64,000 bases of DNA from IMG/VR virus record IMGVR_UViG_3300037044_000254; one strand, 5' to 3'. This DNA is from an uncultured virus (IMG/VR IMGVR_UViG_3300037044_000254). Its lineage: Duplodnaviria; Heunggongvirae; Uroviricota; Caudoviricetes. Both the position numbers and the translations under genes were made by a program. The notes below the pieces were generated by a model that ran no database searches, was not told the DNA's origin, and saw only the letters and a program-made list of their open reading frames with translations. Of this stretch, positions 1 to 9,699 are shown in pieces. Each line of letters starts with the position of its first letter. The first letter of the stretch is position 1.

Positions 1-309
1 CTAATTTACCTCCATCTTTGCGGCCTTTTCCGAGGACGGAGGCACCACCTTCCCCTCAACACCGGCGATGGTTTGGCTGAAGGTAGTCTTTGAGAACATC
101 GAGGCCCCCAGGCCCCCGGTAGCCGCACCCAGCATCCCCAGAAGCAGGTTCACCGTGGGGCCGTCAAGTCCCTTTTTCAAGATAAACACATGAAAGATAA
201 TAGAGGCTGAGGCAATGGCCACCACCGGGGCGGCGAGAACTACGGCGAGAACCGCCATGGAATTGACGATCTGATTGCTGCCGCTAACAAATTCCCGCCA
301 GAAGTTCAT
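1..309 (-). CDS. Holin-like membrane protein
   Basis: 102 aa with two hydrophobic segments and a charged C-terminus, directly after the endolysins. Confidence 0.55.
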   Translation of the reverse strand: MNFWREFVSGSNQIVNSMAVLAVVLAAPVVAIASASIIFHVFILKKGLDGPTVNLLLGMLGAATGGLGASMFSKTTFSQTIAGVEGKVVPPSSEKAAKMEVN

Positions 310-836
310 GCCGCATACCCCTTAACCAGTTGGATAAACCCGACCTTGTCCACATTATTACCCGGGCAATGATGGGTAGTCCGGGGGTCTTCCCGATGCA
401 ACCTCATGGTGTCGGGATCGATGCCCAGGACGGCGCTCAGGATGGCGATGGCGGCCACGGTGTTGTCCCGCACCATCGCACCCCGCCCTAGGTCGAAATC
501 CTCCGTGTCATAGTCGCCTAACATTTCAATGCCCAAGGCTAGGCTATTCCACGATGGGGAGTGGACGCCCGGGACGGTGAGGGGGGTGAACACCCAGATT
601 TGCCGATCGTCAATGAACAGGTGGGGCCCCCCGGACCAGCCCTGGTCGTACCGATAGTAGGATTGTAATCCCAGGATATGCTGGTAGATAAGGCCATTCG
701 GCCTATTAGCCAAGTTGGGCTCCCCGGTGTTGTGCAGGACAACAAAGTCCGGTTGCCAGGCATCCCAAATCAAGTTCTGGACATACTCCTTAAAGGTTTC
801 AGGAATGAAGTTCTGTCCTACAATACCTTTCCACAT
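306..836 (-). CDS. N-acetylmuramoyl-L-alanine amidase (Amidase_2-type endolysin)
   Basis: Motifs VVLHNT, GIEMLG, LHRE and HCPG typical of Zn amidases. Confidence 0.85.
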   Translation of the reverse strand: MWKGIVGQNFIPETFKEYVQNLIWDAWQPDFVVLHNTGEPNLANRPNGLIYQHILGLQSYYRYDQGWSGGPHLFIDDRQIWVFTPLTVPGVHSPSWNSLALGIEMLGDYDTEDFDLGRGAMVRDNTVAAIAILSAVLGIDPDTMRLHREDPRTTHHCPGNNVDKVGFIQLVKGYAA

Positions 837-846
837 CGAACACCTC

Positions 847-1389
847 CTATGCCAAGGCCTGCGCCAGGGTCAGGGCCCGGGCTCGAACATCGCTCGAATA
901 ATTCCTTCCTGTCGTCCGGGCATCCGGGTCCTGCCCGGCGGCCACCGCCTTGGAGACATTTCCGGCGCCACAGTTATAAGCCGCCACCGTCCCCCAGAAA
1001 AGCCGGGTATAGTCTTCGCCGAAAAAGCCGAAACGGTCTGCCAGGTAATTGTAAGATGGTAGGATCACGTTCTTCCGCACATACTCCAGCGAGGTGGCCA
1101 AGTCCTGCCATTGCCCCGAGTCGCAAAAAGCCCTATGGCTCCGGTCATCAATTTGGATCTCGCCGTGACCATGCCCGGCATCTCCCAGGCCGTCCTCATC
1201 CAAGAGCAATCCGAAGCGACTCTCCCGGCTGTCAATGGCCATGAGAACCCAAACCATCCACCGGGGCCCCAGTTCGGCCTGGAGGGCCTGTTCCAGCTCC
1301 GGGGGCCACTGGTAGGCGTCCGCCGCCGCCTGAAAGATGGGCAGACGTTCTCTGGCCAGTCCCAATTCGCCTTCTTTAAAGAGGGACAT
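847..1389 (-). CDS. Goose-type lysozyme / GH23 lytic enzyme
   Basis: AIDSRES, GDAGHGHGEIQIDDRSH, AAYNCGAGNV and TTGRNYSSDVRARA parallel lysozyme g motifs. Confidence 0.85.
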   Translation of the reverse strand: MSLFKEGELGLARERLPIFQAAADAYQWPPELEQALQAELGPRWMVWVLMAIDSRESRFGLLLDEDGLGDAGHGHGEIQIDDRSHRAFCDSGQWQDLATSLEYVRKNVILPSYNYLADRFGFFGEDYTRLFWGTVAAYNCGAGNVSKAVAAGQDPDARTTGRNYSSDVRARALTLAQALA

Positions 1390-1811
1390 TAGGACTTTCC
1401 TCCACGATGTCCTTGTTGATAATTGGTCTCCACGGTAAGCTTCGCCATGGCAATCTTGATCTCGCCAACGCCTCCTTCAATAACCTCCAGTTTCTTAAAA
1501 AACTTGTCTTTGAACTGGTGAAATTCGCCGTCCAGTTTCGCGATCTTGGCTTTGTTTTCCTCAGACCGTTCGTACTCGGCTTGATGAGCCGTGCAATTTT
1601 TAGGATCAATAAGGCAAGGAGCAATACTGCTGTGGGCTTCGCCTTTCCCCCCTGCCCCGACAATGACGTTGACTTCACCTTTACCCAAAAATTTTTTCAG
1701 AAGCGGCACCAGCAATGCCCCCATACCTTTGCCGGCCGAGATGGCGATGATGACCACTAAAAGCACGCCGATGATGAGAAGCAGTTGGCGGGGCTCGCAC
1801 AGTTCCGTCAT
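1389..1811 (-). CDS. Membrane-anchored coiled-coil protein of lysis cassette (holin/spanin-like)
   Basis: Start revised to ATG 1811 (GGGGGTG RBS); N-terminal TM helix and coiled coil. Confidence 0.5.
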   Translation of the reverse strand: MTELCEPRQLLLIIGVLLVVIIAISAGKGMGALLVPLLKKFLGKGEVNVIVGAGGKGEAHSSIAPCLIDPKNCTAHQAEYERSEENKAKIAKLDGEFHQFKDKFFKKLEVIEGGVGEIKIAMAKLTVETNYQQGHRGGKS

Positions 1812-1958
1812 TTCGTCACCCCCGCCGGTTGGTGCCGTCCCTGGCGAAGGAGATCGACCAGCGGCTCCGAGGCCCAGGGAAATCCCAGGCCCCATTCCCC
1901 ATAGCTAAATAAGGCCTCCTGTATCCGCGCTTTCTGCACGCAGTTACCCTCCCTTGGG

Positions 1959-2210
1959 TTAGGGGTTGACGCTCCCGGCCAGGCCGGCCAGCAGTTCGAA
2001 GTACCGGCGCCAGAGCCCAGCGGCTACCCGGCGGCCCTCATCCGGGGATCCCACCCGGACGCTCTTCAGACCCGGCAGCTTGGGGAAAACGAAAAAGGCT
2101 CGCTCCCCGGTATGAAAGGCCACGGTAAACAGGGTGTAAGGGCCCACCTTGCCGTTCGAGTTCCCCGTTTTGTCTGGGCTCCAGGTCAATGAAGGCTCTG
2201 GCACGATCAC
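1959..2210 (-). CDS. Hypothetical phage protein
   Basis: 83 aa ORF with AAGGAGG RBS, in operon. Confidence 0.6.
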   Translation of the reverse strand: MIVPEPSLTWSPDKTGNSNGKVGPYTLFTVAFHTGERAFFVFPKLPGLKSVRVGSPDEGRRVAAGLWRRYFELLAGLAGSVNP

Positions 2211-2216
2211 CTCCTT

Positions 2217-3860
2217 TTACAGAATATTAGTTACCGGGAACTTTCTCTTGCCCCACTGTGTCTGCCAGCGCATCAACCGGGTGGGCACCGGGAAAACCCG
2301 GCGTGTATTGGTCGGGTCCTCAGTGCTATAAGCCACCTGTATCCCGGCTGCGTGCATCCCTACATTCGCATCTTCGGGCACCAGAGAATACGCAGCCTGG
2401 ATCCCCACGGCAAACTGCACCGGACCTCCAACCTGGGGGCCGCTGAACCATCCTTGTCTGATCCGCTCGAAGTCAGCCTCGGAGAGCAGGTCGTTATACA
2501 CTACCGCCTGGGAGATGAGCGTATTGCATGAGGCCGTCACCCCGTCAGTCCCCAGCCCGATGGAGAACGGGGCGTCGCAAACGTACAGTTCGTTGGTGAA
2601 GGTGAAATTCTGGGTCATGGGCCGGTAAGCTCCGGTGTACGCGGTCCACACGTAAAGGGAGCCATACTTGTTCACCCCGTCAATGGACACCCCGAGGAAA
2701 GCCCAGTAGTTCGGGGTCACAGGAGCGTACCAATGGCTGGTGAGCAAATCGAGGGTCTGGGCGCTGGCTCCGTTGTTATACCCGAGGTAAAGCCTGGGCG
2801 TATTGCCGCCGGATAGCAAGACCGCCAGGCTCCGCTTGTTGCCCGTGGTCTTGTACTTCGACGCCAGGATGACGTCCGAGTAAGCCCGGTGCTTAAACAT
2901 GATGCAGAAAGCAAACTTCTTGACGGGATCGCCGCTCTTGAGAGGAAAGCCGGCTGACAGGTCGGTATCGTTGCGGTACAGGTAATTCGACCTCGAGGCC
3001 AGCAGGTCGATGCCATACTGTCCTTCCGCGGTCTCGGAGGTCCACACCGCCGAGCTGTTCAGCGTAAGGTGGTTACCGTGTCGCTCATCGTTGCAGTTTC
3101 CCTCAAACCTCCAGTGCCCGGCGATCCGGGTATCCTGGGAGAAATCATTGACCGCAAAACGGCCGAGGCGGATATTGTCGATCTCCACATCCCACAACCT
3201 GCGGTTGAAGACGACCACCTCGTCCAGGATGCCGTCAAAATAATTGGCTCCTGCCTCGCTCCCAACGGTAAACGGGGCATCGCATATCCGCAACTCGTTG
3301 GTGAACGTCTTGTCGTAGCTGGTGACTGTTCCGTCAGTTTCATTGTAGAGTCGCACATGGCAAGTCTTTGCAATCCCGTCGAAACTGATCCCAACGTGGT
3401 ACCACTTATTGGCCACCAGACCCACGTAGCCAACGCTCCAAGACTCATAGGTTTGTCCAGACCCCCCATATCCCCACCGAACGTATAGGTAGCCATTACT
3501 TACATAGACAGCAAGACTGATCTTGCTCCCGGCATAGTCCCACTTGCCCACCACGCAGTCATAATTGCCGGACCCGGGGTTAGTCTCTGACCGCATCCAG
3601 AAGCAGATGGTCCCAACCTTAAGGACATCACCATTTTTAAGAGGGAAACCGGCATCCAGGGCGGCATCGTCAACGCTGAAGTACTGGGAGAGGCTGTCCT
3701 CGAAGTCTGCTGCCTTACTGCCTTCCTTACAGGTCGCCGACTCCGCCACACCGCCATGGTTTGTCAGGGTGTTGTTGCCCTTCGAGTCCACCAGGAGGGC
3801 CCCGGCCTCGAAACGATACAGCGCCCTACAAAAGGTGTCCCGGGAAAAGTCGTTAGCCAC
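2217..3860 (-). CDS. Tandem LamG/concanavalin-like domain virion protein (putative receptor binding)
   Basis: Two LamG-like repeats (WYHVGISFD...FDGILDEVVVFNRRL); internal duplication. Confidence 0.8.
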   Translation of the reverse strand: MANDFSRDTFCRALYRFEAGALLVDSKGNNTLTNHGGVAESATCKEGSKAADFEDSLSQYFSVDDAALDAGFPLKNGDVLKVGTICFWMRSETNPGSGNYDCVVGKWDYAGSKISLAVYVSNGYLYVRWGYGGSGQTYESWSVGYVGLVANKWYHVGISFDGIAKTCHVRLYNETDGTVTSYDKTFTNELRICDAPFTVGSEAGANYFDGILDEVVVFNRRLWDVEIDNIRLGRFAVNDFSQDTRIAGHWRFEGNCNDERHGNHLTLNSSAVWTSETAEGQYGIDLLASRSNYLYRNDTDLSAGFPLKSGDPVKKFAFCIMFKHRAYSDVILASKYKTTGNKRSLAVLLSGGNTPRLYLGYNNGASAQTLDLLTSHWYAPVTPNYWAFLGVSIDGVNKYGSLYVWTAYTGAYRPMTQNFTFTNELYVCDAPFSIGLGTDGVTASCNTLISQAVVYNDLLSEADFERIRQGWFSGPQVGGPVQFAVGIQAAYSLVPEDANVGMHAAGIQVAYSTEDPTNTRRVFPVPTRLMRWQTQWGKRKFPVTNIL

Positions 3861-3863
3861 GAT

Positions 3864-4871
3864 CTATGCTCCCCTGGCTTCCAGGACCAGGTTCAGGTTA
3901 TTGACGGCACCAGAAGTCCAGTTGCCCCCGACCGGGTTCTGGTTACAGAGCCAGGACGCCTGGGCCTGGGACAACATCATGTTCATCTCATCAGACATAT
4001 AGGGAGTACCCCCGATATCGAACCCCAGTTTGAGTTTGTCCGGGGGCAACATCGCTCCCTTGACTCCCCAGAAGTCTGCCTGGACGCATTTGACAGTGAG
4101 CGCCTCAGCGGGCAGGGACTCCAGCCGGAAACTTTCGATCTCACCCTGAGCCATCCCCTTCAACCAGTCCGCGTTGTTCGGGGGGCGGTCATCCACCAAG
4201 TCGTAATGGTTGCCCGGCACACTTGGGATCCACTCGTTCTGGCCCGCATCTCCAACGGGCCGAAGCAGTATGATCTTCACGCCGTTCGGCCAGGTGTTGT
4301 TCACGGGTCCGTTGGCATCGAAGAACACCACGTCATCCGCATAGTTGCCGCCGGTCCCGGTCGTGTGGCCCCAATGGAGCCGGGAAACGCCGGTGTCGGC
4401 CCCGACTTTGGTATCTCCAACAAAGGTCCCCTCCAGGTTACCGTCCACCCGGAACTCCACCAGGCCGCTTACATCGGAGACTATGACGTGGGCCTCCACC
4501 ACATACCAGACGTTGTTCAGGATCGGAGTCTGCCCGACGACAAGGCCCGGGAAAACCTCGTATCCCAGGCAGAAGTGGAGAACGCCGGAAGCATTCCGGC
4601 ATACCGAGAACATGTAGTTCCCGCCCGGGCCAAGCAGGCCGAAAACCGGGTGCGTGTGGGAAACCGGATACTGGATGGCGCACTGGAGGTAGAACTCACT
4701 GTACGGGCCACCCGGCAGCGTTTTGTAGGCGTGCTGGCCGTTGCCATAAGTAAGCGAGTAGACGCCTCCCCGGCTCCTGCTATTGGTGACGGAAACCCCG
4801 CCATCGGCGGTGGTCAGCTCCAGCTTGGTGCCCCACTCAAACCCGCTCATCCAGACAAGTCCCATCTCCAA
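3864..4871 (-). CDS. Tail-associated beta-sandwich virion protein
   Basis: 335 aa beta-rich ORF coupled within tail module (start may be ATG 4865). Confidence 0.6.
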   Translation of the reverse strand: MEMGLVWMSGFEWGTKLELTTADGGVSVTNSRSRGGVYSLTYGNGQHAYKTLPGGPYSEFYLQCAIQYPVSHTHPVFGLLGPGGNYMFSVCRNASGVLHFCLGYEVFPGLVVGQTPILNNVWYVVEAHVIVSDVSGLVEFRVDGNLEGTFVGDTKVGADTGVSRLHWGHTTGTGGNYADDVVFFDANGPVNNTWPNGVKIILLRPVGDAGQNEWIPSVPGNHYDLVDDRPPNNADWLKGMAQGEIESFRLESLPAEALTVKCVQADFWGVKGAMLPPDKLKLGFDIGGTPYMSDEMNMMLSQAQASWLCNQNPVGGNWTSGAVNNLNLVLEARGA

Positions 4872-4876
4872 ATCTC

Positions 4877-6739
4877 CTAGGCGAACTGCTCGGCCTTGAT
4901 GTCGAGTGAATATGTGCCCTGATGCAAGGTGTCCCGGTTGACGATCCGCACCCTTAAGTGCCTGCCGGCAAGCTGGTCGTAAATCCAGAATGGCAGGTGA
5001 TCCTCGAACGGGGTCCCCGGAACGATGTTCTCTACTTTGTAGAGTAGGACCGAGAAGCCGGCGTCAGCGTACAGGTGGACATCATAAACGTTGGTGGCCT
5101 GGCCCCCGGTTTCGGCGATCTTGAAGTAGTGCACCAAGCCCCGGTTGCAGAATGCATCGATGGTCAATTCGACCGTGGCTCCGGCGCCCACCTGGATGTT
5201 CGAGCGGCTGATGGTCTTCTCCTGGGTGCCGACCCCCATCACCTCTTCAAAGAAACCCAGAAGGTAAACCGCCAGGCCGGCGGTGTCGGCCCCGGAAGCG
5301 AACAGGAAGAACTCGGCCGTCCGGTCATCCCCCAGGGGAATGATGAGGTCGGCTGCTTTTTGCTCTGCATCCGATTCATCGGACCAGACGGTGAAAGCCG
5401 TGGCAGGACTGGCTGCGCCTCCGCCCTTCTTGAACATAACCTTGGTGCCGATCCCAGGAGCCGAGTCCCGGAAGAAGACCCGGAGGACCACAGCATTGAC
5501 GCCGAACTGCGGAGCCCCGAGATAATCGGTCAGGTCGATAGGTTCGTAGTCTTCGCCCAACGTTCCGCCGCGCTCAACTTCGGAATAGACCAAAGGCGGA
5601 TCGTCCTGGGGGACGTACTTGGTGAATTGCTGGGCCGCCAGAGAGAGGTCCACTTCGCCCAGGGCCCACCAGGAATCGCCTCCATCGTTGGAATATTCCC
5701 AGCGGTTCGTGTCTCGGTTGAATTTCAGGTAGCCAGCCGGATCATTGCCGTTGTTCACCTTGAGGCCAGCCCGCCCGGTGGGGGTGCCGGCAGCATCCCG
5801 GTCGATTTCGTACTCGTCCGCGGTGGTGCCCACGTCCGTATTCTGCGTGTGGCCGCCGCCGCCCCCGCCCCCGGTGCCGGCCGTCGTCCAGGTCCGCAGG
5901 TCAGTGATCACGGTAAGCGCCCCGTTGGCGGCGGCCACCTGGAAGAGCGGGATCTTGCCGGAGGTAAAGCCGCTGGTGGTTCTGGCTACGATCCCGGTGG
6001 CCGGGTCGACCTCCACGTAGTTTGTGGCGTTGTCCGTTAAGGCCACGTGACCATCCGGGGTGGTGCTGATTACCGAATCGTTTCTGACCTTGCCGCCTTT
6101 GTAATTGAAGTTGAGGCCGTCGGCGTGGTCATAGGCATAGAACCCGATCATCGCCCCCAGCAGTTGCTCAATCTCTTCCAGGCGGTCAGCCAGCTTGGTA
6201 AAGCTCTTGTTCCGAGCGGCGCTGTCCAGACAGTCGGCAAAGTCATCACCATCGAATAAAACCGAGATCCCCTGATAGAGGGCCTTGGCGGAAACAACGT
6301 GGGCGCCGCTATCCCAATGAAACTGCCGGACGGTATCTGCCTTGGCCGAATCACTCAGGGCCGGAGCCCCGGAGCCGTCCAGGTAGATGTACCAGATGCC
6401 GGTAGCTCGGCCAGACATGGACAGAGAGGTCGAAGTCGTCTTGTGCAGGAAGGTGGTGCCGGACCAATAAGCCCCCGAGTTGACGCCCAGGTTATAGCCG
6501 GGGCCGACCAGGGCGCCCTCGGAAAAATCGTAAGAGCCGATGCCGATGATCCCGGCGCGGTCGAAGATCTCCTGCAGGCCCACGGGAACCGACAAGTCGC
6601 CGCCCGATTGCCCGGTGAGCATGGAGAGGATGTAGTTAAGCTTGTCTTCGATGGTGGTATAGTTGGCGTTGTGCTTGGCTATGTAATCGGTCATACCGGC
6701 CACGAAGTTCTTAAATAGCGTGACTAAATTGGTAGTCAT
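4877..6739 (-). CDS. Tail fibre/tail-tip protein
   Basis: 620 aa, Gly/Thr-rich, poly-Gly linker, multi-domain, tail position. Confidence 0.6.
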   Translation of the reverse strand: MTTNLVTLFKNFVAGMTDYIAKHNANYTTIEDKLNYILSMLTGQSGGDLSVPVGLQEIFDRAGIIGIGSYDFSEGALVGPGYNLGVNSGAYWSGTTFLHKTTSTSLSMSGRATGIWYIYLDGSGAPALSDSAKADTVRQFHWDSGAHVVSAKALYQGISVLFDGDDFADCLDSAARNKSFTKLADRLEEIEQLLGAMIGFYAYDHADGLNFNYKGGKVRNDSVISTTPDGHVALTDNATNYVEVDPATGIVARTTSGFTSGKIPLFQVAAANGALTVITDLRTWTTAGTGGGGGGGHTQNTDVGTTADEYEIDRDAAGTPTGRAGLKVNNGNDPAGYLKFNRDTNRWEYSNDGGDSWWALGEVDLSLAAQQFTKYVPQDDPPLVYSEVERGGTLGEDYEPIDLTDYLGAPQFGVNAVVLRVFFRDSAPGIGTKVMFKKGGGAASPATAFTVWSDESDAEQKAADLIIPLGDDRTAEFFLFASGADTAGLAVYLLGFFEEVMGVGTQEKTISRSNIQVGAGATVELTIDAFCNRGLVHYFKIAETGGQATNVYDVHLYADAGFSVLLYKVENIVPGTPFEDHLPFWIYDQLAGRHLRVRIVNRDTLHQGTYSLDIKAEQFA

Positions 6740-7218
6740 CAGAGCTGCTCCATGATCTCGACGAAGGCGCCGTCAGCTTTGAATTTCCCCTGCACCCCGT
6801 AAGGCAGGGTCCCATACCCCGGGGGAGCCACCAGCGTGCCCAACTCTCCATAGGTCAGGGGCCGAATAACGAATCCCCGCAGGCTCTTGCCGAGAATGGT
6901 ATAGGTGTCATCCCTAAAGGCCATATAGATGTAATGCACCGTCGAATTGCGAGACTTGGCCAGGCCGGTGATGACCCACTTGCCATTATTAAGCCGAGAC
7001 AGGGTGACCGCCCGGCCTTGTTCGGCATAAATCAGTTCCCGGTTATTGGCGGCCACCGGCACGCACCGGATGACCTGTTCATCGCCCAGGTCCACGTCAC
7101 AGGCCCAGACCCACTGGCCCGCCGAGTCGTAATACTGGTAGAAGGGACCGGCGATGTTGCCGATCTGCTGCCCCCGGGCGTCTTCAATGGCCCAGTCGAT
7201 GATCTTGCGGATGCTCAT
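6739..7218 (-). CDS. Tail-tip protein (possible OB-fold spike-like)
   Basis: Start revised to ATG 7218, overlapping the upstream stop (ATGA). Confidence 0.55.
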   Translation of the reverse strand: MSIRKIIDWAIEDARGQQIGNIAGPFYQYYDSAGQWVWACDVDLGDEQVIRCVPVAANNRELIYAEQGRAVTLSRLNNGKWVITGLAKSRNSTVHYIYMAFRDDTYTILGKSLRGFVIRPLTYGELGTLVAPPGYGTLPYGVQGKFKADGAFVEIMEQL

Positions 7219-7499
7219 GGCTGCAGAATCCCCTCTCTCAATCCCCAGCGAAAAAGTGAAGCTATGTCGTTCACACCCGTCTTGATTCGCAAATTGGAGA
7301 GATGGGCATCTACGGTTTTTACAGAAACAAAACGCCGGTTGGCTATCTCTTTGACCGACACGCCGTCCCAACGAAGGCGCAATATCTCAACCTCATTCAT
7401 AGTCAGGGGCGCCCACTTCATCATGTGGCCACAACCGCAGGGACAAAAAAGCAAGCCTTTCTTTAAGGCGCCATCCTCGGCCAGGGGGATTTCGCTCAT
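7215..7499 (-). CDS. LuxR/GerE-type HTH protein with N-terminal CPCGC motif
   Basis: LTMNEVEILRL...KEIANRRFVSVKTVDAHLSNLRIK matches LuxR C-terminal HTH. Confidence 0.8.
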   Translation of the reverse strand: MSEIPLAEDGALKKGLLFCPCGCGHMMKWAPLTMNEVEILRLRWDGVSVKEIANRRFVSVKTVDAHLSNLRIKTGVNDIASLFRWGLREGILQP

Positions 7500-9145
7500 G
7501 CCGTTAAGACCTTGCTCCCGTCCAACACCAGGGTAGAGACCTCGCCCCGCTTAATGGTCTTGGACATGCCGGTGAGCACCACCTTCCGGCCATCCGGCAG
7601 GCCGATGATGTCGCCGATCTCCAGGCGTGGGTCATCCGCCACCGCAATCTTGCGGGGAGCTCCCTGGCACTTCTGCCAGATCAGCTCGGTCATGGCGATG
7701 ATGTCCGCTTGGTCATGGGTCCCGATGAAGTCGTTCTTGAGGTCCAGGTTGTTTTCCAGCCAATAGTCCAGCCCGTCTTCAATGGCGATGGACTTCTTTT
7801 CCAGGTAGGCGTAATCGTAGGGGGTGCCCCAGATCTCGTACTGGGCGCTGCCCATGGACATCATGATCACCAGGATGCCGAGCATGGCCTGGGCCTGGAG
7901 GATGCGGCCAACCGAGACGGTCCATTGCCCCAGGGTGGTTGGATTGACCGTAATGGTCCCCACCACCGGACCGCCACCAACTGCAGTACTAAGCACCGTC
8001 CCAGGCCCGGGGACCGTGACTACCGCCGGTGAGGTCCTGTCCGGGGCCTTGGCGGCCAGAAGATATTCGGCCAGCATCACCGTGGCCAGGATGGGTACCC
8101 AGACACTGATATTCACGTCGATTTGACCGTGGAATTCATCCACCTGACGGTAGGATTCGGTGCCCACCGGGAGCAGCCCCGAGTTAACCGACTTGATCAC
8201 CTTCATGCTGGTGCCGTCGGCCCGCTGCCGATGATCTTCGGACCACCAGCAGGGTAAGGTTTCATGCATGGAGAAGAAGCCGGTGGTCACCTGGGCCTGG
8301 CCCAACTTCTGGTAGGGACCGTCTACCCGTTCCAACTGGGAATCAAGGAAGGTCACGGTCACCTTATTCACCGCGTCCTGGCTTCTCTCCGGGACATTTA
8401 GCTCTATGATCCGGTCACCGTTCTGGTACAAACGCGCCGGCGGCCGGTGCAGGCTCTTGTTGATATAGGAGAGTTTCCCTTCGCCATCGAAATAGGGCTG
8501 ATAGCAGACCACTTCCAGCAGGGAACAGATGCCGTCCCAGGGCGTGACCTGGGAAAGCTGGTTGGTCTTGTGTTTGAACTGGCGACCCAGGGTGAACGGA
8601 ATCCGCATCTCCCGCTTGGTGAGGCCCAGGAAGGTCTCGCACATATCGGAGAGGGCGATCCCGAGGTCCGTGCCCACCGAATATTCTTTGCTGGTGACCT
8701 TTCGCCGCTTGAAAGCCTGGGTTTCACCGCGGCCAAAGACCGACACCCGGGAAGACATCTTGGCGGATTGCCGCGATTTGCTCCAGCCTATCTGCCCATG
8801 AATCTGGCCGGAAAAAGTGATGGTCCAGTCGGCTTCGGGCACCGTTTCATCGCCTTCCAGCAGGCGAATAATGGCCGCGTCCCGCAGATAATTCTTGTAC
8901 TGGCCGAAGTCCGGATGGAAGCGGCTATCGGGATCCGCCAGGGTGAAGCTCAGCTGCCGGTCCGACCAGCTCAGGTCGGAGGCATAGGGCGTCAGGTCAA
9001 CCGGGGCCGGATCATCGAGAATCCCCATGGCGCTCACCACTGCTGAGATGGTGGTGGCCGTGGGGTCCCAGGCAAAGATTTTATAAGCGGGACGCCGCAG
9101 GCCGCCGTCTATCACCTGCTGCATGGCGGCCGAAATATTCCTCAT
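7496..9145 (-). CDS. Tail-tip/baseplate hub-like protein
   Basis: 549 aa; C-terminal DPRLEIGDII motif typical of hub/Tal proteins. Confidence 0.6.
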   Translation of the reverse strand: MRNISAAMQQVIDGGLRRPAYKIFAWDPTATTISAVVSAMGILDDPAPVDLTPYASDLSWSDRQLSFTLADPDSRFHPDFGQYKNYLRDAAIIRLLEGDETVPEADWTITFSGQIHGQIGWSKSRQSAKMSSRVSVFGRGETQAFKRRKVTSKEYSVGTDLGIALSDMCETFLGLTKREMRIPFTLGRQFKHKTNQLSQVTPWDGICSLLEVVCYQPYFDGEGKLSYINKSLHRPPARLYQNGDRIIELNVPERSQDAVNKVTVTFLDSQLERVDGPYQKLGQAQVTTGFFSMHETLPCWWSEDHRQRADGTSMKVIKSVNSGLLPVGTESYRQVDEFHGQIDVNISVWVPILATVMLAEYLLAAKAPDRTSPAVVTVPGPGTVLSTAVGGGPVVGTITVNPTTLGQWTVSVGRILQAQAMLGILVIMMSMGSAQYEIWGTPYDYAYLEKKSIAIEDGLDYWLENNLDLKNDFIGTHDQADIIAMTELIWQKCQGAPRKIAVADDPRLEIGDIIGLPDGRKVVLTGMSKTIKRGEVSTLVLDGSKVLTA

Positions 9146-9699
9146 GCGACCACCTCTCCCACGATCCGGAACTGCAAAACCACTTCAAATGGGATCAAGT
9201 CGCCTTTCAGAGCAACCCAGTCGAAGCTGATAATATCCTGGCCCCCAACGCTGATGCCTTCGATCTGGATTTTGTAGCCCTGCCCGGTGCGGTCCTTGGG
9301 CCACCAGGTGATATAGTCGCCATCCGGCAGGCTCACGAAGTATTCATAGAGCCGGCGCAGCATATAGGTTGACATTCTGGAAGTGTTGTCCGTCCCCTTC
9401 CAATACTCCTTGACCGGCTTGTCCGGGAGATAACCGCGCCACTGGACGACCTGCGCCCAAGATAGCGTCGGCTCCACTTTCACCTGGGGCCGGTCGGTCA
9501 TGGGGGCCGAATCGAAGTTTTCCCAACGATCCGGGTTTTCCTCATAGATAAAGGGCGGCAAGAGGTCGCCAGGATAGCGCAGCTCCCGCAGAGCCAGGGT
9601 CCCGGTATTCTCGGGGTAGAGGTAGAGGTCCACCGCTTCCTCGAAATGTTCCGGCGCCGCCAGGATATTGAAAGTCGTCTCCGATGTCAGGGTGGTCAT
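9142..9699 (-). CDS. Distal tail-like protein
   Basis: 185 aa, ATGA-coupled, tail module. Confidence 0.5.
   Translation of the reverse strand: MTTLTSETTFNILAAPEHFEEAVDLYLYPENTGTLALRELRYPGDLLPPFIYEENPDRWENFDSAPMTDRPQVKVEPTLSWAQVVQWRGYLPDKPVKEYWKGTDNTSRMSTYMLRRLYEYFVSLPDGDYITWWPKDRTGQGYKIQIEGISVGGQDIISFDWVALKGDLIPFEVVLQFRIVGEVVA

Noticed and set aside
1818..1940. Possible 40-codon GTG-start ORF in the lysis cassette
   Set aside because: Has an RBS-like motif but no recognisable features; insufficient support
2217..6739. Diversity-generating retroelement or invertible tail-fibre locus
   Set aside because: No reverse transcriptase or invertase; the repeats are diverged domain duplications, not adenine-specific TR/VR pairs
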